Below are positions 11,831-26,329 of a stretch of DNA of 64,000 bases, in pieces. Numbering within the stretch: the first letter of the stretch is position 1; each line of letters opens with the position of its first letter. The stretch is from Yuukianura sp. NJ FZ-2021. Taxonomy: Eukaryota. A program made the position numbers and the translations under genes. The notes beneath the pieces were generated by a model. It had not been told where the DNA came from. It saw nothing but the letters and a program-made list of their open reading frames with translations, and did not search any database. The stretch covers positions 6,200,001 through 6,264,000 of the forward strand of contig CM102286.1 in NCBI GenBank assembly GCA_046563655.1, in the 5' to 3' direction.

Positions 11831-14800
11831 ATGTTAAGAAATAGAAAAAGTAAAATATCGAACCCTCATTAAATCTGGTTTGTCAAATATTTCAATGGAG
11901 CATATTTCTTAGCACGGCGTCAAATTTGACTTGATGAAGAAAAACTAAAACAAATAGATTTAAGTTTAAAAAAAAACATGATGATATACAAATACTCAAG
12001 CTTAGCTAAGAAAAAATCCCACCAAATTCGCTATCATAATTTTGATACGTCCATATAACTTTAATTTTCACGAACATCGAAAGTTTTTCTTGCTCCAGAA
12101 GAAGACACGGAAAGCTCTTATTTCTATTAAAAGGGAGAAGAGCTATTAAAAGGTGTGGCAAATAATGATACGGGTGTCCATTTGATTTTAAAGGGATTCT
12201 ACACAACCCATCATTTGCTACTGGGTGATGATCAATAGGCGGCTCAAACCCAAAACACAGAAATTTAAGCACGAAATTTCCAATATCAGCGTTCATTTTA
12301 TTGCCGATCAAAACGGAATTTGGTATATTTTGAATCCGCATAGTTTGATTTTTCTGTTACACCTAAACGCTTCAGTTTTTGAACACGGAACTCCATTTTT
12401 GATAAACTTTGCGTGAGTAAAACCCATAACGTTTGAGCGGAAGTTGTTAATATTTTTAGGAAACCCAAAAAGGTCTCAAAATGAACCAAAAAGTTATGAT
12501 TTTCTCCCAAAATCCAAACGTTAAGCACATAAAACGTTATGAACAAGAGTCAAAAGTGTATCGTTCGACAGGATCCAAAATTCTATTGTTCTGGTTGTGC
12601 TTCTAAGGTCGTTTCCGAGAGGGTGCAGGGAGAAAATAAAGGGCTCCTGAAAGCGAGGCTGAAAGGCGTCAATTAGTTGGTCATAAATCCTCAATTCAAT
12701 TAGTTTACCCACAACTCTCCGTCGTACTAACTTCCTTCCCACAAAGTAGAAATTAAGTGTGAGGCTTATCAAAATTATAACAATGGGCTCTTCACACTCT
12801 CAACTTAACCCACAAGGGGGGTTAAGTACTTACACACCAAGGTGGTCCTTAACACCTACTTCTTGGACTTCAGCACCCTTAAGTCCTGAATTACTCTTTA
12901 AGATGATGTTAAGGAAGCTTAAGCCTTTGGGCCCTAAAACTAACTCTCTTGATCACTATAATTTGGAGGGACAATTTCAAAACCTAAGCATTTTCTTGGG
13001 ACTTTCCAAAACTAAACTTCAAAATAGCCGTACAACTACCGTCCAATTTCAATAATCTTTTACATCTTTACACTTTTCAGCGGATTTTGAGCGCCAATTA
13101 AATTCAAAGCACACAATCGCTTTTACAAATCTAAATTTCAGCGCCCATTTTCCTTCTGCTTTTCTAAAAAAATGATTAATTGAAATCTAAAAGAGAAACT
13201 TTCCTAACCGCCGGCTAGCAGCGGATGTTTGTTGTTTAAAAAAACTGGAAAAATGAAAATGTTGAGTGTTTGAAAATGAGTGAGGCAATTTGTTGAAATT
13301 GAATCGGAAAAATATAATGTGGAGCGTAGTGTGGTGGAGATTCATTAATAATTTTGTCCAATTAGGATACTGAACAGATCAGCAACTCCCTTCATTATTA
13401 TAAAAATCCTATTAAGAAAATGATGAGCCCTTTGCTTTTAGTTGTTCCTTGGCAACATACAGATGAATACAAAAGCATTCGTCATTGGTCGTATCAAGGG
13501 ATCAGCCCTTGTCCCAAAAAAAATTCTGAGTGACCCTGCATTCCCCTTGTTCTCGTTCCAATGTTTTTTAGATCAAAATCTGCGTTGTGGACATTTGGTT
13601 GACTAATAAATGTGAATTGAATGCCGTGTGCTTTGATATAGAAATTTGTGAAGGTGTCAGGTCAAAATGTTAAAGTCATTTGTCAATTGTCTTCTGGGAT
13701 TCATTTATCACAAGGGAGAGACAAGCTGCATTGTTATCCAAAACATACGTTTGTGGGAGCCCTTATACCTGTACCCTTAAGACTACACTATTTCATGCCA
13801 CCATGGTACTTCTGAAGCTACTTTAATTTGTTTTGAATGGACAAGAACCAAAAGGGCTGCTTTAAGTGTCCTGAAGTACTCCGGTGCCCTTCAGAAGCTT
13901 TCTTTGTTGGTTAAACATTAGGAATTGAAAGTGACTTCTTGTTTTTGAGTTTACATGCGCTTGTTTACATCCTAACAACTTTGAACCTAAACAAATACAA
14001 TTCACAAAACAAAACTTCATTTCATTAGTTCTAGTTTGGCTTTTAGTTTTAGTAGATCTGCTATAATTCAAACCCGTTTTTTTGAAAAAAAAAATATCAT
14101 GTGTGTATGCTTTTTAGTAAGTCAGTTTAATTATTTTTGGTTAAACGTTAAAGAAAATCGAGAAAGATTTGAATTCCGCAACAGTAAAATCTCACAATCC
14201 AAAATGGCAGAAATTATACTTGGATTTTTTGATTGTCTTGAAATGGAGAGTAGTGTATTAGGTACTTGTTTAAACACTGGTGTTTATGATGATGCGTTGA
14301 TGTAAATGGCATTCTCTTGTTGTGAAACAAGGTATAAATTTCAAAATTGAGATTCGGCGGCTTTGAATTTTGAAAACATTCCTTGTGTGAATGCTCTCGC
14401 GGGAGTGTTCGGAAACATAATGGAAACAATTTTATGTCCCCCTACATAAACCCCAAATTTTCAATGAATTTTAGAAGAATCAAGATTGGACAATACAGCT
14501 CCGAATTCTTCCCAGGATCTGGATGTCTTCTTCACACGTCTGTTCAAAATCCAAGATTTTAAAAAATGGCTCAATAGAAGTCAAGGAGTCATTGTTCAAA
14601 CAGTCAAGAAAAGTCTACAGTTGGTTTTTTTGAATGGAGCGAAAGAGGTAAAGACTTGAAAGATCGAATAAAAATTATGTCTCGGAATATGACAGGTATA
14701 AAATGGAATCTCGGGGGGTTATTCTCATAGAGTTATAAAAATCCACAGGTCTCAGCGTCTTTTGGCCTTTGACATTTACCATTCTACAACCAAAAACACA

Positions 14801-17800
14801 CAAAAATCTTTTCGGTTTTAGAAATCGCAAAGGCTGAAAAGAGCGTCTTCGAGTGGGGGACACTTTTTTGGAAGAGAGGGGACTTATTTGAACTTTTCTT
14901 GTTCCTAAAAGCAAAAAGGGCTTCTGGAAGCAAACAATTACTATTGTTCGAGGGGCTAGAGGCTTTGTTTAAAATACAAGTTCATGAAAAAGTCATTTCT
15001 TTTCAAGTATTACTTGACTTGACCTCCTGACCTTTGACAAAGGACCTAACCAATAATGTTCAAGGAATAGGCGAAAGCCTTCTAAAACTAATCCCACTGA
15101 CAGGTTACGCGTTAACTCACTGTTTTACTTTTCGGAAACTATGGAATTTCTTTTTGAAAATTACTCAATATTTCATTCAATATAAAAGGTAACAATCGTA
15201 AAAATAATCGAAAATGTAAGTCTTATAGGATCAATTTGATACTAAAAAAATCCAAAGTCGGTTTTACTATAATTTCTTAAATTGTTAAAAAGTTGATGAA
15301 ATTGACATCAGCAGAAGGATTCTACCCTCTCAGGATGTTTATGTTTCTTCTTTAAAAAAGTTTTTCTAAAAATGAATTGAGCTCTTTATTGAACTTTAGT
15401 TCCAAGTGGAAGTCACCGCCATTAAACTCGAGCTCCAGAAAAACAAACATTGAACAAATCCTGGAAGCAGACGCTCTTGACAACAATTCGGACCTCCCGA
15501 ATACCCGCTTTCCGCCTCCACTTGCTTCTCTGGGAATTATCACTAACAGCATCCCAGTTCAAACACTGCCCCCAATCCACCAATCTATGGAAGTCATCAC
15601 GTAATTCAGCAGCCTTTGTTTTTCAAAATTTTGAAGACCCGAGTACTGTAAGTAAGGTTAGGTCTCACCGAATTTGGTTCGGGCACTCCCCCCGCCCACT
15701 CTCGAAAGTCCTTCAAACTTCTTATGGGGGCTCCCTCCCCTCAGTGGGGGGGGGGACTTGAGTGGGGGGGGGGACTTTGCAGTGTAAGAACCAGTAAACC
15801 TATGGTGAGACTTTCCGTGGCCAAGTTATGTTAGTCGCTGATGGCTGAATTTGACGATGGAGTAAACCGTAAGCAGAAGACTGAAGTTAGAGACAGAGTC
15901 GTATCGAATATCCGAACAGGAAAGTAGACAGATGCGGAGGAAACTTGATCCGAGCCTTTACGAAGACTCAAGAAGACCAACATGTCGAATAATGTGCTCC
16001 ACTCGCTGCCTAAATACGTTTTCTAATAGGACTGAAAAAAATATACTAAAACAGTTTGCTTTTCTGCCCTTAACCAGTTTTACGAATCTTTCAGCATCCA
16101 AAGAATCTTCCCATTATCCAGAAACCTTGGAAGAGGAATGAACGATTTCGATTAATTGAACTGAACGGCCATGTTCCCCCACCCTATTACATCCAAGCAA
16201 ACATGCAAATGCTGTTTTTCTTTCTTCGTAATTTGATATGTTCTGGAAAGTGGTCGGGGGACATCTTGGATTATTGTTTGTGGACTGGTGACCTTTAAAA
16301 AAAGTGGAACTGACATGGACGTAGGGTGGAGGCTACTGTTAAGCTTCGTTTTCAGGAGGCAGGAAAGTATCAATGGGCGTTGAAACTAACTCCGTAGATC
16401 ATCTTCCGTCGTATCCCCAAGAGCTGTTTGGATATCTCATGGCAGATCAGACTGCATTAGTGAAATGAATACGCTTTTGATTGTTAGATCCCTCGGATAG
16501 ATTACAACTTTCTATAACGTAGGCTTTCCCTTTTATCAATTTCGATATTCTATAAATTACTGAAAGTATTGAACCGAAGATCAATCAATAAAACGATATT
16601 CATTCTAACTTCTTTTGGTTAAAAATGATTCACTGATTGCCTGAAATCGTAACACAATCTTCATAATTTACCATATTGATTCATTCCAAAAAAAAATCAG
16701 TTCTTTGAGTTTTGGCAAAGCAGAATTTTTTTTTTGCCTGTTTTTTTTTTTCGTGAGCCTTGGCATTGAATGTCCAGTTTCTGTTTCAGGTCACTTTTTG
16801 GTTTTGTTCAAAATGTTGAGTCAAGTAAATTGAAAACTGAAAAATGTTTTGTGAAAATACAATAATGTCAAAAAGAGGTTACGTCTGTCACTTCTCTTCC
16901 GACCATTATTTGTTTTTCCTTTTTTGCTTTTCAAGCACTTTTCACCAAAAAGGAAAACAATTTCATGACTATTCACAAACAAGCGACACAGTTGTTCGAA
17001 CATTCTTCCCTCATTGTGTGCATTCTCTAAAGCAAAAATTCTTGTTGAGAAAAATTAACTTCCAAAACTTTACAAATTGGAAAAAGTTAACTCTCAAAAT
17101 TTAACGTAAAAAATAGAAAACCAAATCAAAATCGAATTTAAGGTGACCAATAAATTTCAGACTGCTTTCGAACTGGGAGTAAAAAAATTAGTCCAAACAA
17201 AATGGCTTTGGCATATTTTAAAAGCAATTTTGAAAAACTTAGAAAATTTTTAACTGAAGCATGCGCATGACTTCAAAATGGTTCAAAACCGATCCGAAGT
17301 GCCCTTATTTTTGTTTTGAGGGCCCTTGAGGAACAGAAAAGCAATAAAGATGTCCTTCTGCTACTTTGAAAAGTTTTGTTAAGGAAGTTGTAAGTTTGCC
17401 AGTTCATTCTTGGAAGAGTGTTAAGTGAAGATGTGCTTTTGTGAATGGACATTTCAAACTTTAGTTGAACAATGGAAAGCAAAGAGGGGCACGCTCTCCT
17501 TTTAAGCGGACTGTTCCTCATCCTTGTGATTATGATGTTGATTAGATGGCTTGGCCAAGGGCTCAGGGCCCTTCAGAACTGGGACTTTGGTGTAAGGATA
17601 AGGAAATAAACCGCCCTTAACTATGTCCAATTGTTCACAAACGAAACAATCTCCACTTCTTCTGGCCAAGGGCTCTTTTCTCGCACAAGTCCTTCCTGAA
17701 TTTTTGGCTTTTTGTGAAAATAAAGCAGGGTCAGTTGAGTTGCTGGACATGCTTGGACGGAGATTTGATGACCGTAGTGCTTCTGGCGTACTCCAAGGTG

Positions 17801-20359
17801 CGGAACTTTCTGGATGATGGCATCAGGAACTAAATTGTGTTAGGTTAGTGCATGCGATGTGAGCCCGTGGCTAGCCGTCGATAATTTTTCGTCCAGAGGA
17901 GTCCGGGAACGGAGAGGCTTGGCTTCAATTGCTCGTTTCTCACCAGAAGAGCCCACAATGATTGAGCAAATCAATTGACACGGAGGAGGGAGTGACACCC
18001 ATAACTTAGGAATCAATGGACGAATGAACCTCGGCCCAAAAGTCAATAAATGGCCTCAAAGGCCAACAATAGGGAGGAGTCAGAGTGACAAATGTTAGGA
18101 TCCCATTGTTAGCTTGAATTGGGAACAAGAGCGGAAGGGTTAGTCCATCATCAACTCCAAACTTAGGCAGGGACTTGGGAACAGGCCTTAAGGACCATTG
18201 ATTCCTCAAATGCTGTCTCAGAGGTCACAGGCACCCAACAATCAAACTACCGCTGTGAAATCATGTTTTAAGGTGTGCTGCAATTCCCAGCGCATTTGGA
18301 AACTTTAATTGCAATTTTTCGTTTCACCCTTTGGGTCCTCGATCGTCGCATTGAGCGTCTAAAACCAATACGGTTCTAACTTTTTCTGTCAGTTTTTTTT
18401 TAAATTGTTCGTTCATGATACAGCGAAATTTTGAAAAGAATTGTTCTCTCATTGTGGGAATTTCATTTTGATCGTAATCACAATGTAACATTAATTTCAG
18501 AACAACGTTTTTCCGCTTTTTGAAAAGAATACTGAAAATGTCAAAAAAAAACTTCTTTTTTTTCAAAAAGAAGAGGAGAAAAATGTGTGCATTTCTTAAC
18601 TAATGTTAAAATCGCCGGTATACTTCCACGCTAGAAGTGCCAAAATTGACCTTTGGCATTTTAGATTTGGATGTAAATTTTGCACGTTTTGTTATGTAAT
18701 GAAAGTTGAGTTGAAATTAGCCCCAGCTCGGCTCCAAAGATCATCCACCGGCATCAAGGTCAAAATACAAAGTCTAAAACATTTTTTCTGAATTTCTTGG
18801 TGAATTCTTTAATTTAACCTTTGACTTTCTTTTAGGTTTGAACTTTTGCTCTAAATCTTGAAACATCCTCAAAAGGTCTCTCAGTATGACTCATTTTGAT
18901 GTATGCTAGTTAATATAATTATAGTTATTATAATTGTAGTTAAGTTAAAGTTAGTTGCTCAAGGACGATCACAAAATGCATCCTAACACTGCAGAAAGCT
19001 GACAAGACACGAGCTAGACATGCTGTCTGTGATGAAAGTCCATCAGAGAGCAAAGTTCAATTTGATTTTGACAGAGATCGTGACCTTCTAACTTCATTTA
19101 AACTCCACAAATTATGACACTCAATCTGGTCAAAGGTCAGTTCCTCAATTAGTTAAATTTTGTTTGTTTACATCCACATTTGAATTAAATATAAAACTTT
19201 AGTTTTGCAATTGAACTAAAACTTTTCAAAGAATTTCTGAGCTGATCAAGAATTTGATCAAACTAAACCTGTGAAAACTAAAATTGAAAAACAGTTTTTG
19301 ATTATGGGGGCGAACCAGTTGCAAAGTGGCGTGTTAATGATTTACAGCGCGAATTCAACTGGAAATTGGATCGTGTTTGTTATAGTACTTTTGGTTTAAT
19401 TTGCCACCCCATAAATAAGGTTGCTAATTGTTAACAAGTCAGAACATGGTAATTGTGTTTCCTTTTGTTGTTTAGTTAGATTGAGGTTGACAAGGAGGTA
19501 GAGACGAACAATTAAAATGAAAAGTCTAGGTTGGTGTGAATGAGTTATGAAGCAGAGATTGAAATCTTCAAAAAAAGTCAAGACATTTTAAAGCTTTGAT
19601 GTGAAAAGTGAGTTCCCATGTGCCAAACTCCACCCTGTAGGGGCAGAATTCAATTGTTTTGGACTCAAAGTGAGACTTTGGATGAAAACAGGTATAATCC
19701 AAGCGTATGATCCAACGAGCAACGTTGAATTTTGATTCGACGAGCGCATAATCCGTAGTCAGCCCAAACTGTAGCTCCCTTTGGCAGGGAAAAGTAAAAG
19801 TCAGGGGATCCGCCGCCACGAAAAAGTGCACACCATGTGGGCTGGGACGAAGAAAATGGTATTTGGACGGGAACGCAGACTAGGCTAACAACGCTTCATC
19901 CCTGTGCAGAGATCACACAATAGGACGACAGATCAACAGAATCTCTCAATGGTCATGGACCTTCTTCGTTTTCCCAAAAGCTGTTTTCATTTAGTCACCA
20001 GAAGTCAAGGAACCAACAGTCCTTTGACACTTCCTCATCACAACTTGAAAATCTGGAAGAAATTTTAAGAGTTTTCTGAAAAAAAAGTTTCGAAAAAATT
20101 CTTAGGGGAAGTGACGTTTTCAAGACCAATTGCAGAACAAAAGTGAAACAATTTTACATACATCTTGACGTTTGCATTTTGAATAGCGGTGAATTTTGAG
20201 TAACTACTTAACGTTTGAAATTTTAAGAAATTGATTTTTGAAATTAAAACTCGAGTGACAAAACTCCTCAGAACACAAGTGACAACTTGAAGTTCCAAAG
20301 ACTTAAGAAATGAATTTGTTTTAAAATTTTGCAAAACTGAAATTTTGAAAATAAGTGAA

Positions 20360-23300
20360 ATGATTTTGGGAAACATGAGTGAAGGTGTTGGGTTGTTGTC
20401 TTCGTCGTTGTCAAACAGTATCATGAACAATCCAGCGTTTATTACTTCGTCGTCCATGACCTCTCCAAATTCGCTTCCGCTTGGAGGTGGACCTCCCTCC
20501 CCAATTCCAAATCCTCTATCTTTTGGGTTTACTCAGGAACAGGTTAGTAGATTTTTGTTAGTATTGCTGAAATTTTCAAATTTTATTCACTTTTTTTTCA
20601 AATTGACTTTAAAAAATAAAGAAGCATTTCAAGTTAAGTTTGTTTTGAAAATCCAAGCACTGACGCGACGCTGTCAATCCAATCTCGCCGCGTGATCTAA
20701 AGCAACTCAAAAATTTGTTGACATGCTTAAAGACAAGACGCGCTTAAAAGCTTAACTAAAAGTTGAACAAACGCAGAGAGAAAAACGCTCAATGTGCAGA
20801 GAAAGAATGTGCCCAGAAAAAGCTGCATAAATAACTAAAAAGTATTAGAAATACAATTTGTGTTTGAAAATCGGAAATTTATATTTTAGCAAACGCTTGT
20901 TATGAGACCGTTTAAGGTTAAAATAAAATTTTTATTTTCGTTATAATAGAATTTTATTCATATTGAATAGATTTATTTGTATAAATTGAACTTATTCCAA
21001 TAGATTCAAATTGAAGTAATTAACGCGCAGACAAGACTACTTCTTTTGCATGGTTAGCTGCATATATTGCGGTATACTTTTACAAATAATAAAATTAAAA
21101 TTAGGTGGCGTGCGTCTGCGAAGTTCTGCAACAATCAGGACAAATAGAACGCTTGGCTCGGTTCCTCTGGTCCCTGCCCGGTTGTGAAAAATTGCAAAAG
21201 AACGAAAGCGTATTGAAATCCAAAGCTGTAGTGGCTTTCCACAGATGCAATTTCAAGGAACTGTACAAGACACTGGAAACAAACCAATTCTCACCTCACA
21301 ATCATCCCAAATTACAAGCACTCTGGCTTAAGGCCCATTACATTGAAGCAGAAAAACTGAGGGGGAGACCCTTGGGTGCAGTGGGTAAGACTTAAAATTT
21401 TATTCAATTAACACTTAATCCTGGAGTACCCACCGTAATTAACTTCCCCAGAAGGAAGGACTTGGTTGAAGTCATTGCATGTTTTATAAAGTTCAGCAAA
21501 TCACCAACAGGAATCTTTGAATGTCCTTATGTTAATCAAAAGAGTTTGAGTGTTTAACAAGTAAATCCACTGGAAAATTAAAATTACGCGAATTAGTTTC
21601 AGAAAAAATTTAACTTTATATTTTTTGAAATTATTAAGAAAATTTAGTTTTGATAGGCTTGGCGACAATAAAGAAAAGAAAAAGGTTGTACTTTTACTTT
21701 CTAGACCAAAACTTAAAAAGTTAGTACTTTGAGTTAAACTTTGTACCACATTCAAGTTGGTACAAAGTAGGAAATCAACTGTACAGATTTTTGTTTTCTC
21801 GTACATTACATCGAAATTTGGTTTTTACATTGCTTTTTAGTTTGTACATTTTTTTTAAATTGAAATTTTGGAACTTATTTTTAGGAAAATATCGGGTCCG
21901 GAGGAAGTTTCCGCTGCCAAGAACAATATGGGATGGAGAGGAGACATCCTATTGTTTCAAGGAGAAGTCACGCAGTATTTTGAGAGACTGGTACCAGCAG
22001 TAAGTTTTAAAAAAATTAAAACACTTTTGAAAATATCCGCCAAAAGTTCTAAGCACTTTCAAAATATTTAACGTGCACTTAAAGCCAAAATTGTCATGAG
22101 AAATTCTGTCTTTGGCAGTACCGTTGTATTCTTAAGAATTTTCACAAATCGTAGAATTCTTTTTCTATTACTTGGAGTTAGGTTTTGTTTTTAATTGAAA
22201 ATTGAAACTTTAAAGAATACTATTGAAATTCTGAATTTTTTGCAGCAATCCCTATCCCTCGCCCCGTGAAAAGCGTGAACTTGCCGAAGCGACAGGCTTA
22301 TCCACAACCCAAGTTAGTAATTGGTTTAAAAATCGACGTCAAAGGGATCGAGCGGCAGAACAAAAAGATGGAACTGGGAGGTAAGCATAACTTTTGAGCA
22401 GAAATTTCCAAAAATTAAGTAGATTTTTTAAAACTATTAGAGTGACGACACAAATCCCCTTATTATCTCACCACACTTCATTTAACATCAGCAGCACTAA
22501 ACCTTTAAGTAAGGAGGCTCAGAGCAGGTGAAGCGAACCAAATAAAGCAGCTTTTCCTTTTTCCAAAAACATTACAAAATATTTTCAGTTTTGAGTAACG
22601 CAGCGTAGTTAGGTTTCCATCTGAGGGAAAAGTGGCCTTTAAAGGATGAAGAACCGAGTATGATTATGATCTCGAGATCAATTCAATGGACCAAAAATGA
22701 ACATTCAAGTAGAAGCGGCCTCTCTATGGTCACATTGTCCTTAGGCATACAGAAACATCCATTTGTTCCAAAAACAGTTCAATTGTTCACTTCCAGTATA
22801 ATACTAAAATGCATGGCAAGCAATAGCGGGAAGAATTCACGTTCTGAAAACTAAATTTTTCGCGTCCCGCCTCCATTTTTGGAACAGAAGATAATCTGCG
22901 GATTAAAAGTTTTGATTGGTACCGGGCCGTATCGTGCACAACGTTTGTTGGTGAAGAGTTTTTACCGGTATATTGCAAAACGACATCGTACGTTGTGCCG
23001 TACCGTTTCATTTTAGGTTATTGTCCGGCGTATATCAGGAGGCATATACGAATGTTTTGGACTAAAGGACACTGTTCCCATACGTTATCAGATCTGGAAG
23101 AGGTTCCATTAGTGTCACCCTATCCTTAGTATAGACTAATGTTGGTAGTCAGAGGAAGTAACTGCTTAGACTAATGTTGACTATATGGATTCTCGGGTTG
23201 CCCGTTGCGGGTGGTAAAAACGTGAAACCCGATACTTCGGAGCTTCAGGATGCTTTTTTCGCTCCTTGCCTTGTGCAGTTGAACTGTAAAAAGAAAACAG

Positions 23301-26300
23301 AGCGTCTTTTACTTCATCTCCTTATGAACAACGATTGAAACTTAAAATAGACATTTCCCTTGCTTTCTCGAAGTAGTCTACTGCTCCATTTTTTCAACGC
23401 AACGATCCTTGGGATAGTGACAAAGCGGGTTTTTTGGTATTCGGAGAAGCGAAATAGTTTGAGCTGATGAACATATGCTTTAGATCTGTCGCCAGATAGA
23501 AAGACAGTCATTCAGTGCCGATTGAAACCGGATACTTCGGTAGGATTCGGTGTATAGACAGCATAATTGGACCAACCCGAGGTTCTTTTCCCCGTGAGTC
23601 AATGTCCACAGAATGGGAGTGAAATTTCATCTTCCAATATGAGGTCTACGATTTCAACATTTTCAAAAAAAATATTTCGAAATAATCCAGTCTTCTTGAT
23701 TTAGGACAAACCATTCAAGAAAATTACTAAGGTTTGCATTAAATAACTTTATTCCTTCTTAATTATAACGTCCAAAATTTGAAACGAAAAAAAAACTGCA
23801 GAAGTATTGAAATGTATATGAAACCTTTTTTTGAAATTCGCATGACGCCTTCACGATAAGTTGCGTTGTTATTTTGGCTTACGCGTTAAGTTGACGTTAG
23901 ATTAGGTGGAATAGGTTTCTAATCAGTTTCTTTATAAACCATCGAGTTACCAAGACAATTCGATTTTTTTCTTTTAAAAGAAAAAAATCGAATTGTCTTG
24001 GTAACTCGATGTTATAAACGGCAAGGTTGACATTTTTGCTAATGTCAGCGGCGAGGCTTGAAAATTGACTTGTCCATAAAATATGAACTGAAAATTTCAA
24101 GTTCAAATTTTTTAAAATTCAAATCGAGCAGTTGGAATCACGGAAGGAGCATATTTCATGCTGATGCAACTGAAATTGAAACCTAAGCGTAGATCAGCGT
24201 CACCCTCCGTTCTAAACGAGGTTTAAGAGTGTTGGTAAAGGGTAGAGATCAAAATCCTTTTACAACTTTAACGTAGTTAAGTTACGACCTACACCCGGAA
24301 TTTCCTACACAGGACCCCTTAAGGCTGCAAGTGCTTCTGCTTCTGCGCAACGTTTGGCATTGGTAGGCATACAAAAGGCCACAAAGTTCACTTAAAGCAG
24401 CAGATCATATTTCCTCAACTCCCTCGAAATATCCAATGTCAAATGAACACATACGTCCAAACTATTTTATTTTTATGACTTCCAGCGTCATCATCAGTAC
24501 GTACATGGTTTAAGACTCAAGAAATAAAACGTGCTTCGGAACGAATTCAAAATTTTGAAAAGTAATTTCAATTCTAAATCACAACTTATTGGAGACGCAA
24601 TGAGATTATTTAGGAGATGGAGGATGTTGTAGGCAGTTATGGATTGGTTGTAAAATGTTAGCATTATATTTCATAACACAAAATTCAGAGACGCGTCTAG
24701 AATTTTTGGCAAAGGGAATGAAGATGTGCTTAGAGAGTGATGAGGAAATATTTTGAAATTGAGGAATGATTTGGTAGAGTTAAGAATTTAATTGCTATGT
24801 TACTTGGGTATTCTCTCGTGCCAAGTTAAAGGAGGTTCAATTACTACTTGAAAATTTTCAAAATGATGAGCACGACTTTTGTTGTAAAAAAAAGAGTAAG
24901 GAGCGCAAAGAAGGAATTTCGATTCTGAGCATGCGCATCATCATCATCATCTTCCTTGATTTCCTCAATGATCGTGTCAAAATCCTTGGATTTGGAACTT
25001 TTCTTAACATACTAATATTGTTCTTCTTGTAATAATGAAATAAAAAATCGTGTTTAATTTCAGGTCGGATGATGGAAGTGGCAAAAAGGGCGGTGTGGGG
25101 TCACCGGACGGAGACTCGAGTTCAGGCGAAAGTCAAGATGAAAAGCCTAGTTTGGCCGATACGTCGTCATTTTCCATTCACCACCACAATCCGCATGCGC
25201 AGATTCACCATTCTGCTGGGGTCAAGGGGTCATCTGCCCTGAGTATCTTCCCTCATCAAATGGTAAATTATACTCATCAATTTTGTGCTAACTAGCTTGA
25301 TCATATACTTAAAAATGATCAATATGCTAAAGAAAAGTGTTTGGTAGATCTGAGTAGAGTCAAAAATTCGAAAAGTTCGTCCGAAAAATTAAATTTTGTG
25401 AAAGTTAGGCTTGACAGACAGTGAAGAGTTTCGAGTAAAGTTGGAAACATTTCATTCAACGCTTGCGCAATCATTGAAATCAAAATTCTTGCTGATTGAC
25501 ATGTTGATTTAAAATCACAAAATCTCATCTTTTGTTTTTAAATTCTCGATCTCATGTAGCAAAGGTGTTCAATCAATTCGTCTAACAAGGAGGAAATGTT
25601 AAGCTTTCACTTTCGTTTTAAAACTTGTGACACCCAATGTTTATCTTGTTACGTTCACTAACAATGTTTCCGCAAGTTGAAAATTGACATTAATCGTTGT
25701 TCAGTTTACAATTTCATAAAAATTGAGTTGTTTGAATGTTATGAAATGTTGACTTTTTGAGACAGTTCGGACTTCTTGTGATTAGGATTTAGGGAATGTC
25801 AGGACTTAAAAAGCTTCAAGAACGTCAAGAACTGCGTGATTATCGACTCAAAGCGGCTAAACCAGCTTCTTCGTTGAGTTAATAATCAACTGCATTGTCA
25901 TGACTTTTTGACTACTCTCTCACACTACTCATAGTTGTTTAGCAATTCATTTGAAAGTGGTCAGCCATGATCACTTGTTCTGATCAATTTGAAAATGATT
26001 GCTTCTGATTGATGATTGATGAATCCTCTAACTTATTTTTCTTTCTTAACTGACAGGATCATGTCACATCGGCCGGACTCGCCTCGTTATCGGCTATGCA
26101 GTCACTAGGTCCATTTCACATGGCAGCAGCAGCCGCCGCAGGTATTCCACATCATCAGCTCATGGCTTCCGCTGCAGCGGCGGCAGCCGTGGGGTCAAGC
26201 GGAAGAAGTAGTGGTGGAGTGGGAAGTTTGGAGTCTGCGCAGGATCTAGGGCCCCACCATCCCCACCACCACTTGGGGTCTCACATTTCCAGTCTTGGCG

Positions 26301-26329
26301 TAGTTCCACATGACTACCACCACTTGTGA
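20360..26329 (+). CDS. so: Homeobox protein sine oculis (Six1/2 class), 6 exons: 20360-20542, 21105-21384, 21885-21999, 22246-22380, 25064-25262, 26057-26329
   Basis: SIX domain [15 protein letters not shown]...[10 protein letters not shown]...[31 protein letters not shown]. The homeodomain starts with the Six1/2-diagnostic ETSY and contains NPYPSPREK and [13 protein letters not shown]. Ala/His-rich C-terminus. All introns are GT-AG and phase-consistent. Confidence 0.97.

Noticed and set aside
12006..13055. ORFs of 80-111 aa on both strands
   Set aside because: No recognisable motifs or splice-consistent model.
15370..16470. GC-richer block with short ORFs and G-runs at 15745-15773
   Set aside because: Probably a decayed gene or TE with a small inverted-repeat insert, but no family could be supported.
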